Assembly (NCBI GenBank): GCA_951406725.2
Contig: OX597820.1
Coordinates: forward strand, 110,236,001 to 110,300,000
Length of the DNA: 64,000 bases
Reading direction: 5' to 3'
Origin: Octopus vulgaris
Taxonomy: Eukaryota
Shown: positions 12,488 through 25,357 of the stretch, piece after piece
How the letters are laid out: each line of letters begins with the position of its first letter
Position numbering within the stretch: the stretch's first letter is position 1
Notes under the pieces: model-generated
Databases searched by the model: none
What the model was told of the DNA's origin: nothing
Seen by the model: only the letters and a program-made list of their open reading frames with translations
Position numbers and translations under genes: made by a program

Positions 12488-15060
12488 TAGTTTGTTTCAA
12501 AAATTCATGTTGCTACAGTCTTTAAAGGTTAATTAAAACTGAAATTCTCACCTTCCTCTCTCTATGTGTGTGTGTGTACATATATAGATGGGTTTGGCTA
12601 TGTTTCTGTTTGGTTTTGTTTCTGTCTACTCACTAGACATCAAAATGAACAAAGTAAATAGGGAGGGCAATGCCCATAACTCTAATAGCTCATTCCAAAC
12701 TGATGCAGTTAATAGGACTCATTTTTAGTTTAAACTTTTCTAACACTTGTAAGAAAAATGTGCTCAGGGAGAGGATTCCAACTCAGGGAAAGAATGGTTG
12801 ACAAAACTAATGTGTCATGGGTGATAATACATTGTAGTCACAAGAAGAGCAGAGGTCATTATTGTCATTGTGGTTGTTGTTGCTTAGCCTCAAATGAACA
12901 CTGATTGAGTGGACTAGCCTTAAATGAACACTGATTGAGTGGACTTATGATCAAAGACTTTCCAGCCATGGCTATCTCATTGTTTTGGGGAATGTGGAAC
13001 TATTTTATCCAATGTGTCTTTTCTTTTCACAAGACAGTAAAGTGTAAGTTGAGGTAAATTTGACTACTGTTTCTAGTAGGTTGAGCAACCATGTACAGTC
13101 TCCTTTGTCTCATACATCAAGTAGACTTAGTATGTAAACTGCTATGCTCTGAGAAACAGAGGTTATTGTAGCAATGATTTAAAAAGAAACAGCATGTCTA
13201 TATTCATGACTGTTCAGCATGAGAATATGCTTAAATAATCTGTATTTAGATTTTGTTAAAATGTTTTCTAATTTCAGGGGTTAGTGGGGAACTTTTAAGA
13301 GCAGATGCTTGGTTTTAGCTTCTTGGTATTAAACAGATGAAAGATTCATAATCCTCCAGTAGGATGCCAGTCAATTTATCTTTCACAATATGGTATCTAT
13401 TCACTCCATTCTTTATGGGCTTCAGGAGTGAGATATTAAGTATATGAATCCAAATATACACTGAAATATCTAAAGTTGGTTTGAATTCAAAATCCTTCAC
13501 CTGGGAGTCCAATGGCACATTTATTCTGCCTTTTTCACTCCAACTAGCTGTAAATAAATGTTCTGTAACAATATGGTTCATTATGGATAATAAATATTTC
13601 ATAAACTAGAGCAGCTTGTCAAAGTAGGCTGCATAGAAAGAAGTATACTGTTCCAAAATACATATCAACATACTTGGGAATGAAATCTCTTGTGCTAGTA
13701 GCCTAGTAGTATATCCACTCGGCTATTTTACATTAGGTATATGGTCAAGTCTTTGTTTTCTTGCAAGTGAAATGATTTATTTAACACTAGCATTTCATGA
13801 TAGTTCAAATTGTTGTAGGATCTGATTTGACACACATGTAGGCATAAAGGTAGAACACTTATATATTTCAAAGTTTACTGTGATTTAATGCTGCTATGTT
13901 AGCTGGTAAAATAGCCAAGTTGAAAGCAGTGGTAAGTTGTATGAATTGCTAATGTAATTAATGTAATCTGCTGATTTCTGCAGCCATCACTAACTGCTCA
14001 GCTTTACTGCTCTATTCTATTCTCTTCTGATGTTCTCTATTGTATTTCTTGCTTTAAAGTAAATAGATAGTTACATGCAAAACAATTTTCACCATAATTA
14101 ACTTTCAAGGATGAATTTTGCTGAAAGCATTAGAATTCTTTTCGCTTAGAGCACACAATTATTATTCATTGTAAAGATTTTATTTTGATAACTTTCCCAC
14201 ACTAGTATTTTTTACTAATAAAAAATAATTTTAAAAAACCAATAGCAAGAATAGAAATATAATGCATCAGTTAGTTCAAATAAATGAAGCCTGGCTGTTT
14301 AATTTTGAAGAATAAATTTCATGAGTGTGAGAAGAAAAGAAGCAGAGAAAGGCCAAATCAAGATCTGGAGATTTTTTGAGAGAAAATAGTGGCTGAAAAA
14401 CTGTGTATTAAATGCTGTATATGAAGGTAGTGATTGAAGAAACTGTAATATCTATACTTTAGATATGACAGCAATACTCTTTTGTACATGTACAAGAACC
14501 ACTGATGTTAACTGAAAACTAGCATTAATAGTTGGAACAATTAACAAACACTCTGAAAAGCTGTTAAAATACTGCACATATACACCTTATTATTGGTATA
14601 AGAAAAGTAGCAAGCAAGCAAGGAATTTACCAGCATCACAGATGGTGATGAAACTCTATTCCATCTAATTCTTTCCCTGGGTGTAACTACTGAAGATAGA
14701 TTCCATTATAGAAATGTTCAAGTTACAATATAAGATTTTTGTTTCAGTCAATTGGAGTTTTACATACTTATTATATTACCTGGTTGTAAATGATAGTTTC
14801 TGACATTGATATAAATAGTTTTCTGGCAAAAACTTTAAATACTCTTTCATCTTTGATAATTTTTTTTTCTTTTTAACCTGAAACCAAACTTTAATGGATT
14901 GGAAAATTTGCCAGCAACAGAGATGTCTAGAATAAGTTTGTATGTTATATATCATGCTTTCCTCTGCTTGACAATACCAGCTAGGTGCTTGTGTACTCAC
15001 TTTGAGCTCATGCAACAGTATGTGTGTGTATGTATATAACATATATATAATATATATGTG

Positions 15061-15104
<44 letters not shown>

Positions 15105-15114
<10 letters not shown>

Positions 15115-15364
15115 TGAGGGTACTACTATTCGTAGATACCAACACGCTAAGAGGGACCAATGCGGTCAAAACTACTAAAATAAACAAAATTTTACCGAAT
15201 GCAAAACTTCAAAACACATCATTTTAAAAAGAATTTTTTTTTAAAATGATGTGTTTTGAAGTTTTGCATTCGGTAAAATTTTGTTTATTTTTAGTAGTTT
15301 TGACCGCATTGGTCCCTCTTAGCGTGTTGGTATCTACGAATAGTAGTACCCTCAATATAATATA
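15105..15364. repeat. Near-perfect palindrome, ~126-bp arms, in a (TA)n tract
   Basis: 15105-15230 is the reverse complement of ~15237-15364 (one 1-bp indel seen). Confidence 0.95.
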
Positions 15365-15550
15365 AATGAATATTTTCAAAGAGGAAGAATTTACAGATTT
15401 TTTCTCTTACGAGGTTTTTGACGCTGACTACTAATAATTTCTTTTAAAGATTTTATCCTCAATTGTTAATATATATATATATATATGTATATATTTTATT
15501 ATATATGTATATATATATGTCGTATATATATATGTATATATATATATGTC

Positions 15551-15583
<33 letters not shown>

Positions 15584-15667
15584 TATATGTCGTACGCGAA
15601 TGAGAGGATTTGCATCCCCAACCAAGAATTTTTGATGTAACACATGTCCTTGTGGAAGCTGTTGTGC

Positions 15668-15745
15668 GCGGCTGAAGAAGGCCACAGACATACATTATGC
15701 ATTGTTATAAATCTGTCTAATAAAGGCCCGAAACATATGTACCGC
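15668..15745 (+). ncRNA. Type I hammerhead ribozyme motif
   Basis: GCGG-CUGAAGA-A-GGCC...GGCC-C-GAAAC-AUAU-GUA-CCGC: stems I (GCGG/CCGC) and II (GGCC/GGCC), palindromic stem III (ACAUAUGU), GUA cleavage triplet. Confidence 0.8.
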
Positions 15746-15776
15746 TGAATCCTTCGCATCATGTTTTTATTTTGAT

Positions 15777-15839
<63 letters not shown>

Positions 15840-15997
15840 GTATATATATATAACATATATATATGTATATATTATATATATTTACATATGTATATACATA
15901 TATATATAATATATATACAATATATATATGTGTATGTATATATATATATACATGTAAAAGTTGAACAATGAAACAACACTGAATTGGTGGATATCAT

Positions 15998-16650
15998 TTC
16001 TTTATTTGTGAATTAAGGCTACCATTGGTTTCATGTTAAGAAAAATATCCTAGTGTCCTAACAACTTTTCAAGTCGATTACATTGAGAAAGGTATTTGCC
16101 TCCATTTTGGAAAACACGATCCCATTTAGTTTGCAGAGAATCTCATGAATTCTCAGGAATAAAATGATAAATCAAGGGAAATTACTTGAGTTTTGTCTCC
16201 TTCAGATTTGTCTTTTGAGCAAACTGTTGTGTGGTCAATTTGTTTGCATTAATATGTTTTTGTTCTGGGTGTGCTGAGGTAGTTCATCATTGGGGATTAT
16301 TTCGTATCTGTGTGGAGTTTGTGTGCTATGTGTGTTTAGATTTTCACATTCAGGAAAGGGGCTATCCTGGTTGGATTAATGTTGCAGATGTTAGCTCTTC
16401 TTTGAAGTATGTGAGTGTAAAATATTGCTTGTGACAAACATTCAAAAGATGCTACCCAAACGTAACATCCCTTGATTCATTGTTTTATTTACAAGAATTC
16501 ATGAGATTCTCTGTAAACTAAATGTGACCGTGTTTTCCAAAATGGAGGTGAACATCTTTCTCCATGTGATCGGCTTGAAAAAAATACTAGGATATTTTCC
16601 TACTTTTCTTGACATGAAACCAATGGTAACCTTAATTCACAAATAAAGAA
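15998..16650. repeat. Diverged inverted repeat (15998-16153 / 16494-16650); each arm has a UUGAAAA-type hammerhead-like motif
   Basis: Arms are reverse complements with substitutions and indels; TTGAAAA...GAAACCAATGGTA in both. Confidence 0.8.
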
Positions 16651-16689
16651 TACACCTGTAGTGCCAATCATTATGTTTAATACAGTATA

Positions 16690-17770
16690 TTGGGGATTAA
16701 CATCACTGATATAGCCCAGATCGACCATATCAGGATTGCTGAAAAGACTGCAGTTTTGTTTCTGCAATTTCTCACTCATGATTTTTGGCATTATCTTGGA
16801 GTGTGCCATTTTCATCTATTACAGGACCAACAGTGGAGACAATGACGTGTTTTTTTTTTCTCAAAAGAGAACACTTTGGGGTTGAGTCTGATTTTCTCAA
16901 TAGCTCATTTCTCCTCAGCTGTTCTTCATGTATTGTTTGAGGTTATATATTTTTGATTTGAGCAGGGTGATAGCCATCAAATATATGTGTGGATGTTGGC
17001 AGTATTTTAGTTTAGTTTTTTTGTTTGTTCATTTTATTTTTCTGATAATAGTTTTTTTTTTGTTTTGGGCAATTCTGCCCTTAGTTTTGTTCACAGGTCT
17101 TGGTGGAGTGTGTTTTGCACATATGTTTGTGATAGTTTCTATAAAGATCTGCCAAAATGTGTTGATGCTGGAGGAGGTGTGTGTGTGTCTGTGAAAGACC
17201 AGTCAACATATGATAGCTTGTTCATGATTGCATCCCTGTTGGCATTATAGAGATCCATGTTACCAAATTGGTGGGGGCTAGAGAGAGGTCACTAGGGTTA
17301 GCTTTCAGTTGGTAGAATCTCAGGTTACAGAGAACCATGTCATGGGTTCTGAAAGACGGGTTTTTTCCACTATGATATTATGTATAGTGTTAGTGTAGTT
17401 ACTAAACACTAGGTTTAAAATGTTCTGATACCTTGTTGGTGCAAGGACAAGTTTGGACAAGAAAAACTCATTCATAAAGTCGAGAAGTTATTCTACTGCT
17501 TCTTTGTCAGTGGTTGAGGTTGGAGTGCCTGGTTTCAAAGTGTTTGTAGACCAATCAATACAGGGTAGTTTAAAATCTTCCATTATAAGTATATTACTAG
17601 AATGGCACTGTTGAATAAAGCACTTAATGCTATTGAGACATTCTTTAAAGTGCAGTACGGGTGTTTGAGGTGGCCTATAGAGCCCAACTACTATCAGGTC
17701 ATTGGCTTTGTTGTGCATGGTGACTGATTCACAGTAGCCATTGGAGAATGGGATATTTCCATCTGCCAAA
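16690..17770 (-). mobile_element. Degenerate CR1-group LINE fragment (APE to pre-RT)
   Basis: ORF 17488-17769 has APE motifs (VVGLYRPP...EDFKLPCIDW); GPVIDENG...IMSEKLQKQ..FSNP near 16750-16830. Confidence 0.75.
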
Positions 17771-17906
17771 AAAGAACCATACAGAAAAATGGCATATAAT
17801 ATATAACTATATGTGTGTGTGTGTGTGTGTGTGTATGTGTGTGTGCGTGTGTATGTGTGTGTGCGTGTGTGTGTGTATGTGAGAGAGAGAGAGAGAGAGA
17901 GAGAGA

Positions 17907-18072
17907 AATAGAAGTTGAAAATGCACTGAGAGTAGTTAAAATATTTTCATTAATATATTTAAAGCTTTAACCGGTCTCACAGTTTACACTGATTTTTGTG
18001 AGACCGGTTAAAGCTTTAAATATATTAATAAAGATTATTTTAACTACTCTCAGTGCATTTTCAACTTCTATT
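17907..18072. repeat. Hairpin palindrome, ~75-bp arms, 15-bp loop, between (GA)n and (TA)n
   Basis: 17907-17981 is the reverse complement of 17997-18072 with few mismatches. Confidence 0.92.
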
Positions 18073-18459
18073 CTTCCTATATTTCTACCCGTGTGGAATA
18101 AAATTGCTATTATATATATATATATAAGTAGAGGGTTTATAATTATGAATAAATCACTAATTATAACGGAGAGGGTTGCAAAATCACTTACATGTCTAGA
18201 AATAGCAGTGAAAAACCACCATAAACCCACTAACACTCATATTAAATCTCTTCACAATAAAGCTGTCTGCGGGCAACATGACATATAAAATCCACAATTT
18301 AAAAATACAAGGTTAATTCTCTATTGCAATTTTGAGGTTAGGAACCTATTATACCATATTATTTACCATATTGTAAATAAAGAATATAACTGCCCCACCC
18401 GCCTCTTCAAGAGAATATTCCTATAGAGAAAAATTGATACAAAGCCATACTTCGGGGCT

Positions 18460-19520
18460 TACATGTCTCCTGACTGGCAAGAAGCATACCATCATCCATT
18501 TGCACACATTTCTCACCTACCACATCTCTATTCTCTCTGACAGATTGCTTTGCAATCCTGAACACCTCACACCTCTGATCCTCATGCTGCATAACATTAG
18601 CAAGCTTCCTACCTTCTGCTATTCCTTTTGCTATGTAAACCTGTCACCTAGCCTCCCTTCTGGCTCCCTGATATAATGCTTTGCTTCCACCATTCTTTCA
18701 GTTTTTTCAGGTCTGTCTTTTTGCTTTTATAGCACTGTCCACCTCCTTGTTCCACCACCAAGTCAACATTGGCCTGATGGAGACTTTATACACCAACCAC
18801 AGATTTGGTCAACAGTACCCAGTAAATTGTTCTGCAGAAACTTCCAGTTGTCCTCTAAGCTATATGTCCCCTCCTCCTCCTTCTCCTCTCTATTATCAGA
18901 GGCCTCCAGTAGGATGTCTGTAAATTTTTATTGGTTTGCTGGGTCTTTAAGCTTCAATAATCTCCTTTTCCAGAGTGGTTTATGTCTTTGAGTTTTTCTA
19001 GCCTTAATTCTGAAGTCACTAACTAGTAGCCTATGTTGAGGTGTACACTCTGCACCTGGGAAGGACTTCGCATTTGTGAGCATCTGCCTGTCTCACTGCC
19101 TGGTGAGGAGGGAATCAACCTGGCTTATATTTCCACCAGACTGATAAGTTAGTGGGTAGCTAGCTAGTTTTATAATGTTATTGTTGCAAGATCACTTCCA
19201 TCATAGAACTCAAGTAGCTTGTACCTTCCTCATACCTGGTGCCAAAGCCACAACCACCATGTAATCCTAGGAATGCTGCCCAACATGTCCATTAAAGTTG
19301 CTGGCTACAATAACGAAGTTTCTATCATTTGTCATTGAGGTAGTCTGCAATCCAACCCAGCTTGTGGAGCATAGGCAGAGATAAATGTAATTGTTAATCC
19401 ATCTATGATAAGTCTTAACTTAATAACCCTATACAAACTCTGACTACCTCAATTACCTTCTCTACCCACTTCTCCACTAAGTGTATGTTTACTCCATCAC
19501 TCCTGCCTACCCAAAATAAT
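18460..19520 (-). mobile_element. Degenerate RTE-clade LINE fragment (APE region)
   Basis: EVFRIAKQSVRENRDVVGEKCV and APE-like AYAPQ / GNFNGHVG-type motifs on the minus strand. Confidence 0.72.
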
Positions 19521-21036
19521 TTAAAGCTATTTTATTCCTTCTGGAATAATACCAATGTTTTCTTTGAAACATATGTTGGAAGTATAAAGATTTCACTAGC
19601 ACCTGCATTTAACTCCATTTATTTATTTGTATGTGTGTGTATGTATATATATATTATGCACACACTTACACACACACATAGCCATTATCATTCATCGGAA
19701 AGCAATCTTTTTTATTCTATATTTCCATTGATATCTTACATCTGATTAAAAACAAGTTTGTATTAAAGTGATGTAGCATTACATGTACTAGAATATGTGT
19801 GTATTTAACAATCATTAGAGTTTAAGAAGACTTAAATACATTGCTCTACATAGACAATAATCAACACAGTAAAAGAGACAAAATGAAGACTACTGCAATT
19901 TTCAAAACCACTAAATCACATAAAATATTTATTTAGAAGAAGAACTGCTCATCATCAATTTCGTTTTTTCTCATGAATACTTACTTACCAACTTAAAGGA
20001 TCCTGTTCACAAAATATGCTAAGACTCATGGTTTTCATACCAGAAAGATCTCATTTTTAGCATTATAGAAACAGAATCAAGTTGTCCAAGGTGTACTGTT
20101 ATTGAAATTTGAGCATTTAATGTAAGTCCAGAAGGTTTTATAACATGCACCATACAGTACTGCTGTTTCATCTGGAGTATAAATGTCAAAACTCTTTCCA
20201 TCACTTTCCAAACTACATTCAATTTAAAGTTTTTTATTCAGAGCCTGAATTGATTTACATCTACATTTTACCCACACTGTAATCAGTTTTGTTTTTCCAA
20301 ATTAGCTTTCTGGATTTTATTTGTTTGTAACTAATTGATGCATAACCTCTGTACTTTTTGCTGCCATTTTATTCTAAAGTTATTTAGTCAAAAGGGGAAG
20401 ACAACACTCATAAGTTTCACTGCTCTTTCCTCAGACACATGAAGTTGATTTCATTGACATTGAGCTTCAACTTCTGTGGTTTACTGACTGCATAGATTTG
20501 AGGGGAATCAAGGTTGAGTGAGATAATTTCAGAGATATGGAGTTGTAGGGAAGAATGTTTAGGTAACAGATTTGATACAGGTTTTGATAGTAAGAAACAG
20601 AAATATTACTGAGAGAAGCACTCAGTAAAGGAGTCAGCCATGCTAGAGGTGGTGCATAGTTTGTTGGTTCAGAAGAACAGAAGCTATTATAGTTTCGGTA
20701 CAAGTGGCAAGTTATTCCCTCATTTGCTATGTCCATTGTCATAACAAGTTAGGGAGTAAGACTTTAATTAGCTAAATGGTGTCTGTGTGTTTTGCAATAG
20801 TGCAGCTATCTCACAGATGTGAACAGTAACCTTATATGAATTGCAGCTTGGCAATTATAAAATAAAAATGAAAAACATTTATATGAAAGAAATCCACGAT
20901 TATAGTTTGTAAATAACTTTAAGCTGAAATCTCTTTTAGCTGCATTTTTGCTAATTATTTAAGATTTTGTAGAAAGGAAGTTATATATTCAAAATGCAGA
21001 GTTTTAGGATATACATCATGGTGTGTGTGTGTACCA

Positions 21037-22131
21037 CAGGGTGCATCAATTTCTTTGTGGTCATTTGTATGATTTTAGAAAAAGATGCATAGCTCATCAA
21101 AGAAAAGCTGTATTTGAAAACAAACTGTCACAAATAATCTTGAGAATCGTTTTATCACACCTATTATATGAATCCACCATTAACATTAATGGCTGCTTCA
21201 ATATGAGGTCAGAAGGACTGACATACCTGAATCAGATGATCTTTATCAATTCTGAACATAGTGCTGGTTATAGCAGACTTGAGAGATTGTATAGTGCTAT
21301 GGGGGTGTTGATTGACCTCTCTCTTGACTATACTCCATATGTTATAGTCCAGTAAATAGAGGTCTAGTAAGTTAGGTGGCCATGTGTTTGGGAGAACATG
21401 ATCATCCATGCTTGGGTTGTCCTAGTCTTATGAGATAGAACAGAGTCTTTTTGAAAGACATCTGACTTTTTGTTGCATACTTTGTCTATCCAAGGCCTTG
21501 CAACTTTCTCCAACTCCTCTGTGTGGACAGCAACATTGACTCTTAAACCCTGTGAAAAATTGTGCGGAGGCATGACATCTCCCTTGTTGCTGATGGCTCC
21601 CAGAACTATCACAGTTGCTGGAAACTTAGGATTCATGACCGTTGGAACCTCATTCAGGTTTCTGTATAACCATTTGTTGCTCCTTCAGTTTACCTTTTGT
21701 TCCTGATTGAAGCAAACATTTTGCACAGATCAAATAGTTCTCTCATCACATCTGACATAAACTGACCCTTCCACATATCCTTATGCACAACTTTTCTGCT
21801 GGCTAAAGAGCTGATGACACTGATTGAGGTTTTATCGATTATTTCTTGGACATTTTGTACAAAGTTATGTGTTCTGATGGTATTAAGTCCCTGTGCATGC
21901 ATTTCATGTTGCTGCTGATATTGGATCTCCATCAGCATCTTCCAGCTCCTTTTGAATTTTGTCCATGAAAGATTGGGTAACTTTCAGAAAGCGAACTATT
22001 TCTGTTTCACTATGCTGCACTTTTAAGGCTACAATTACTGAGTCAACCTGATGTTTAACATAATTTATCTGAAAATTGAGGTGAAAAAGAGTTTTTGAAA
22101 GAGGTGTCTTCAAAAAAACTGATGCACCCTG
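21037..22131 (-). mobile_element. Degenerate Tc1/mariner-superfamily element (DD37D/maT-like)
   Basis: TIRs cagggtgcatca / tgatgcaccctg; KFPATVIVLGAISNKGDVMPP and WPPNLLDLYLLDYNIWS motifs. Confidence 0.85.
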
Positions 22132-24017
22132 TACATATGTATATCAGTCATCATTTTATGTCCATATTACCTTACTAGCATGAAATGGGTGGATATGACT
22201 CATTATAATATGTGGCACATGCAACAACAGAGAAAGCCACCTAGCTTTGTTGATGTATGTAGGTGCACATGCACACACACATTCACTCACTCATGTGCAA
22301 ATCTTTTTTATAATTTCCCTGTTATTGATTTTTAAAAAAAAGCTTTAAAAATACTTGCTTTGTGATTTGCTGTTGTTCATGTTTTATATATGACATTAAA
22401 AAAAATAAGAATAAAAATTATATTTACATTTTTGTATTTCTTTCTCCTCAATCAGTTTTCAAGTTCATCCCTAACTTTCAGTTGCCATTGGCTCCAATCT
22501 TGAGACCATTGGGGTTAGGCTTCATTTCGAAAATTCCTTGTGTTCGGCACATTATGATAAAGGTTCAGACTCTGGGAAGTCCTGAAGGCAAGTCATGCTG
22601 CACCCTGCTGTTCCAGTTACAAACTAAACTCACATTAGCAATATTTACATAAGAACAGACATCTTAATTATCTTCACAAAAAAAATAATTTTAATAAAAT
22701 TTTGTGTGTATGTATGTGTGTTTGTATACATATATGTATGTGTGTGTATGGTATGTATACATATATATAAGCACAATATGACTGAATGGGTAAGACATTT
22801 TCTTAGCAATCACAAGGTCTCTGATTTGATCTCACTTTATAATATCTTGGCCAAATATCATTTTCTAGAGCTTTGGTTTAATCCAAATCTTGTAAGAGTA
22901 AATGAGTTGACAGTAACTATGTAGAAGACTACTGGGTGGATTGTACCCATAGCTCAAATGGTACAGCCCTGTCATATACATTGTGCATGCTGATTCTGCC
23001 TGCAAATTACATAAAGGGTATATATGTCTGAAATACTCTTCCACTTTCATATTAATTCAGGAGCAGGTAATTCAGTTCAGTGAACAACTAATTCACGTCA
23101 TTAAATAATAGAGGTCCACCACCATATACAAATGTGCACATGCACACACACACACACATATGGAGTAAAACATGTTACATGGTTAAGCTAAATGTTACAA
23201 AACTGACACCCGCCCTGGGTTAACATGGTGATAAAGGTTGCTAACAGAAAACCCGTAAAAGGATGAATGAACTCAATGTAGGGTCAGTGGTTATCTGATA
23301 ATGGTGTATAAGGACTTACAAAGATTGTGAATGGGTGTACAGTACAACCACTTTGAAAGTGGGAAAGCTTATACTTTAGATCAAGTCTGTATAATAATTC
23401 AGCCTGCAACAATTTGTGATCCTCAATGGCCTTAGTATTTGGTTTTTGTGATGTTTTCAGATCGTCAAGCAACACAGCATGTTGCCATATGAGCCATATC
23501 TTTGGTTCATTAAAGATATCTTAGAACTTAACCATGCACACATATTGGTTTTTCACATAGATGGTGCAGTTAATAAGGTTGAACTGTCTTAAAATTAATT
23601 TGAGAAGTGTCATAGTTGTGGCGAAATTGGGCTATAAAGTCATTTTAATTTTGCTGCTCATTAACAAACTATGATCACACTTACTAGGGAGCTGATTTAT
23701 ATCACATACAAATATATCCATGCACACTTATTCATGTATATGGTGTGTGCATGTGTATATGCATCTCTCTCTCTCTCTAAACATGCAATAAGTCGAAATA
23801 GGGGCAGCTGAAGAAGGGGAATGTTCCTTGTGTTGTATGTCTTGTACTCTGTTTTTTCGTTGTTAAAAAAAGTCCGTTTCCATGTTTTGTTTTTATGTTT
23901 TCGTTTCTCGTTGTGTTCTACCTTTTTTTGTGGTGTCCTGTACCCATATATGCATGTATATATACATATAGATGTAGGTATGTACATATATGTATCTATG
24001 TTTTATTTCTTAAATTG

Positions 24018-24052
<35 letters not shown>

Positions 24053-24059
<7 letters not shown>

Positions 24060-24960
24060 AAAGGTTTGAAAATTCAATTTTAAAAGATGTTTATTTACTT
24101 TACCGGTTTCACTCTTTGGAAAAAGATTGTCAAAAGTAACATGTAGAAGTTTGGTTGACACAGAGTACTACAATACATATATATACATTCTTTGGTGACA
24201 AGAGCATGTTAAGAACATAAAAAAGTTTAACAAGTTCATTGAAATATTGGGCACAAAAGATTACAACAAATATATTATACATTCTCAAGATAATTTCCAG
24301 AAGGAATTATTAAAAAGTTCAGTGGAATATTGGTATACACGCACAGAATATTATGAGTTCAAAAAGGTTTACATTATAATAGTAGGGAAGCTAAAACTGA
24401 CCTGTCCACCATGTTAACGTAAAAGAATATTCTTTTACGTATATATGTAGAATGTATTATATATTTGTTGTAATCTTTTGTGCCCAATATTTCAATGAAC
24501 TTGTTAAACTTTTTTATGTTCTTAACATGCTCTTGTCACCAAAGAATGTATATATATGTACTGTAGTACTCTGTGTCAACCAATATTCTGTGCGTGTTTG
24601 AATATACAGATACAATACCAATATCCCACTGAACTTTTTAATAATTCCTTCTGGAAACTATCTTTAACATGTTCTTGAGAATGATTATGTTGTAATCTTT
24701 TGTACCCAATATTTTAAGGAACTTGTTAAACTTTTTTTATTTCCTTAACATGTCCTTGTTACCAAAGACTGTATATATGTAATGTAGCATTTTGTAGAGA
24801 CCAATAATTAACGCAACCAAACTTCTACATGTTACTTTTGACAATCTTTTTCCAAAGAGTGAAACTGGTAAACTAAATAAACATCTTTTAAAATTGCATT
24901 TTCAAACCTTCTTTCATATATAATTCCACTTGTGCGGTACCCTACAACTCCACTTTGTTA
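24053..24960. mobile_element. (TA)n-embedded nested fold-back element with terminal U3-A8 hammerhead motifs (PLE-terminus-like)
   Basis: 24057-24157 inverted to 24813-24916; inner inverted pair ~24153-24277 / ~24459-24583 plus a diverged third copy ~24688-24803. Confidence 0.75.
24095..24139 (-). ncRNA. Minimal type I hammerhead variant (U3-A8)
   Basis: Minus strand: UUACUU-UUGACAA-UCUUUUUCCAAAGAGU-GAAAC-CG-GUA-AAGUAA; 6-bp stem I and palindromic ACCGGU stem III. Confidence 0.68.
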
Positions 24961-25357
24961 TATATGTATATATATATATATATTTATCCTTTGAGCTTCA
25001 TAAAAAAAGTATCAGTTCAAAGCAAATATTGGTGGAACATCGACAAGATAGTTTGTCCCAGTTCTTTGCTTTCTGAGTTCAAATCCCACATAGGCCTGTT
25101 TCGGTGGTGCACTTAACCCACCTGTTAGTTTAATATCAACACTTGTTGCTGTGGAGGTGTTTAGTCAAGGTACACTCTGCTGCAAATATGTTTCTGGTTT
25201 GAGGTTACCTTCCTCCACTCCACCGGTGTCAAAAGCTTTGTAAACGATCATGGCCCATGCCATGCTTCCTGACTATAATAGGTGTGTGTGTATACATGTA
25301 TATGCATATGTACACATACACACACAAACACAAACAACTACATATATATATATATAT

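Noticed and set aside
12885-12945. 30-bp tandem duplicate
   Set aside because: Ordinary local slippage; no further structure.
23778-23830. CTGAAGA preceded by GAAA (possible permuted hammerhead)
   Set aside because: Could not build the three stems by eye.
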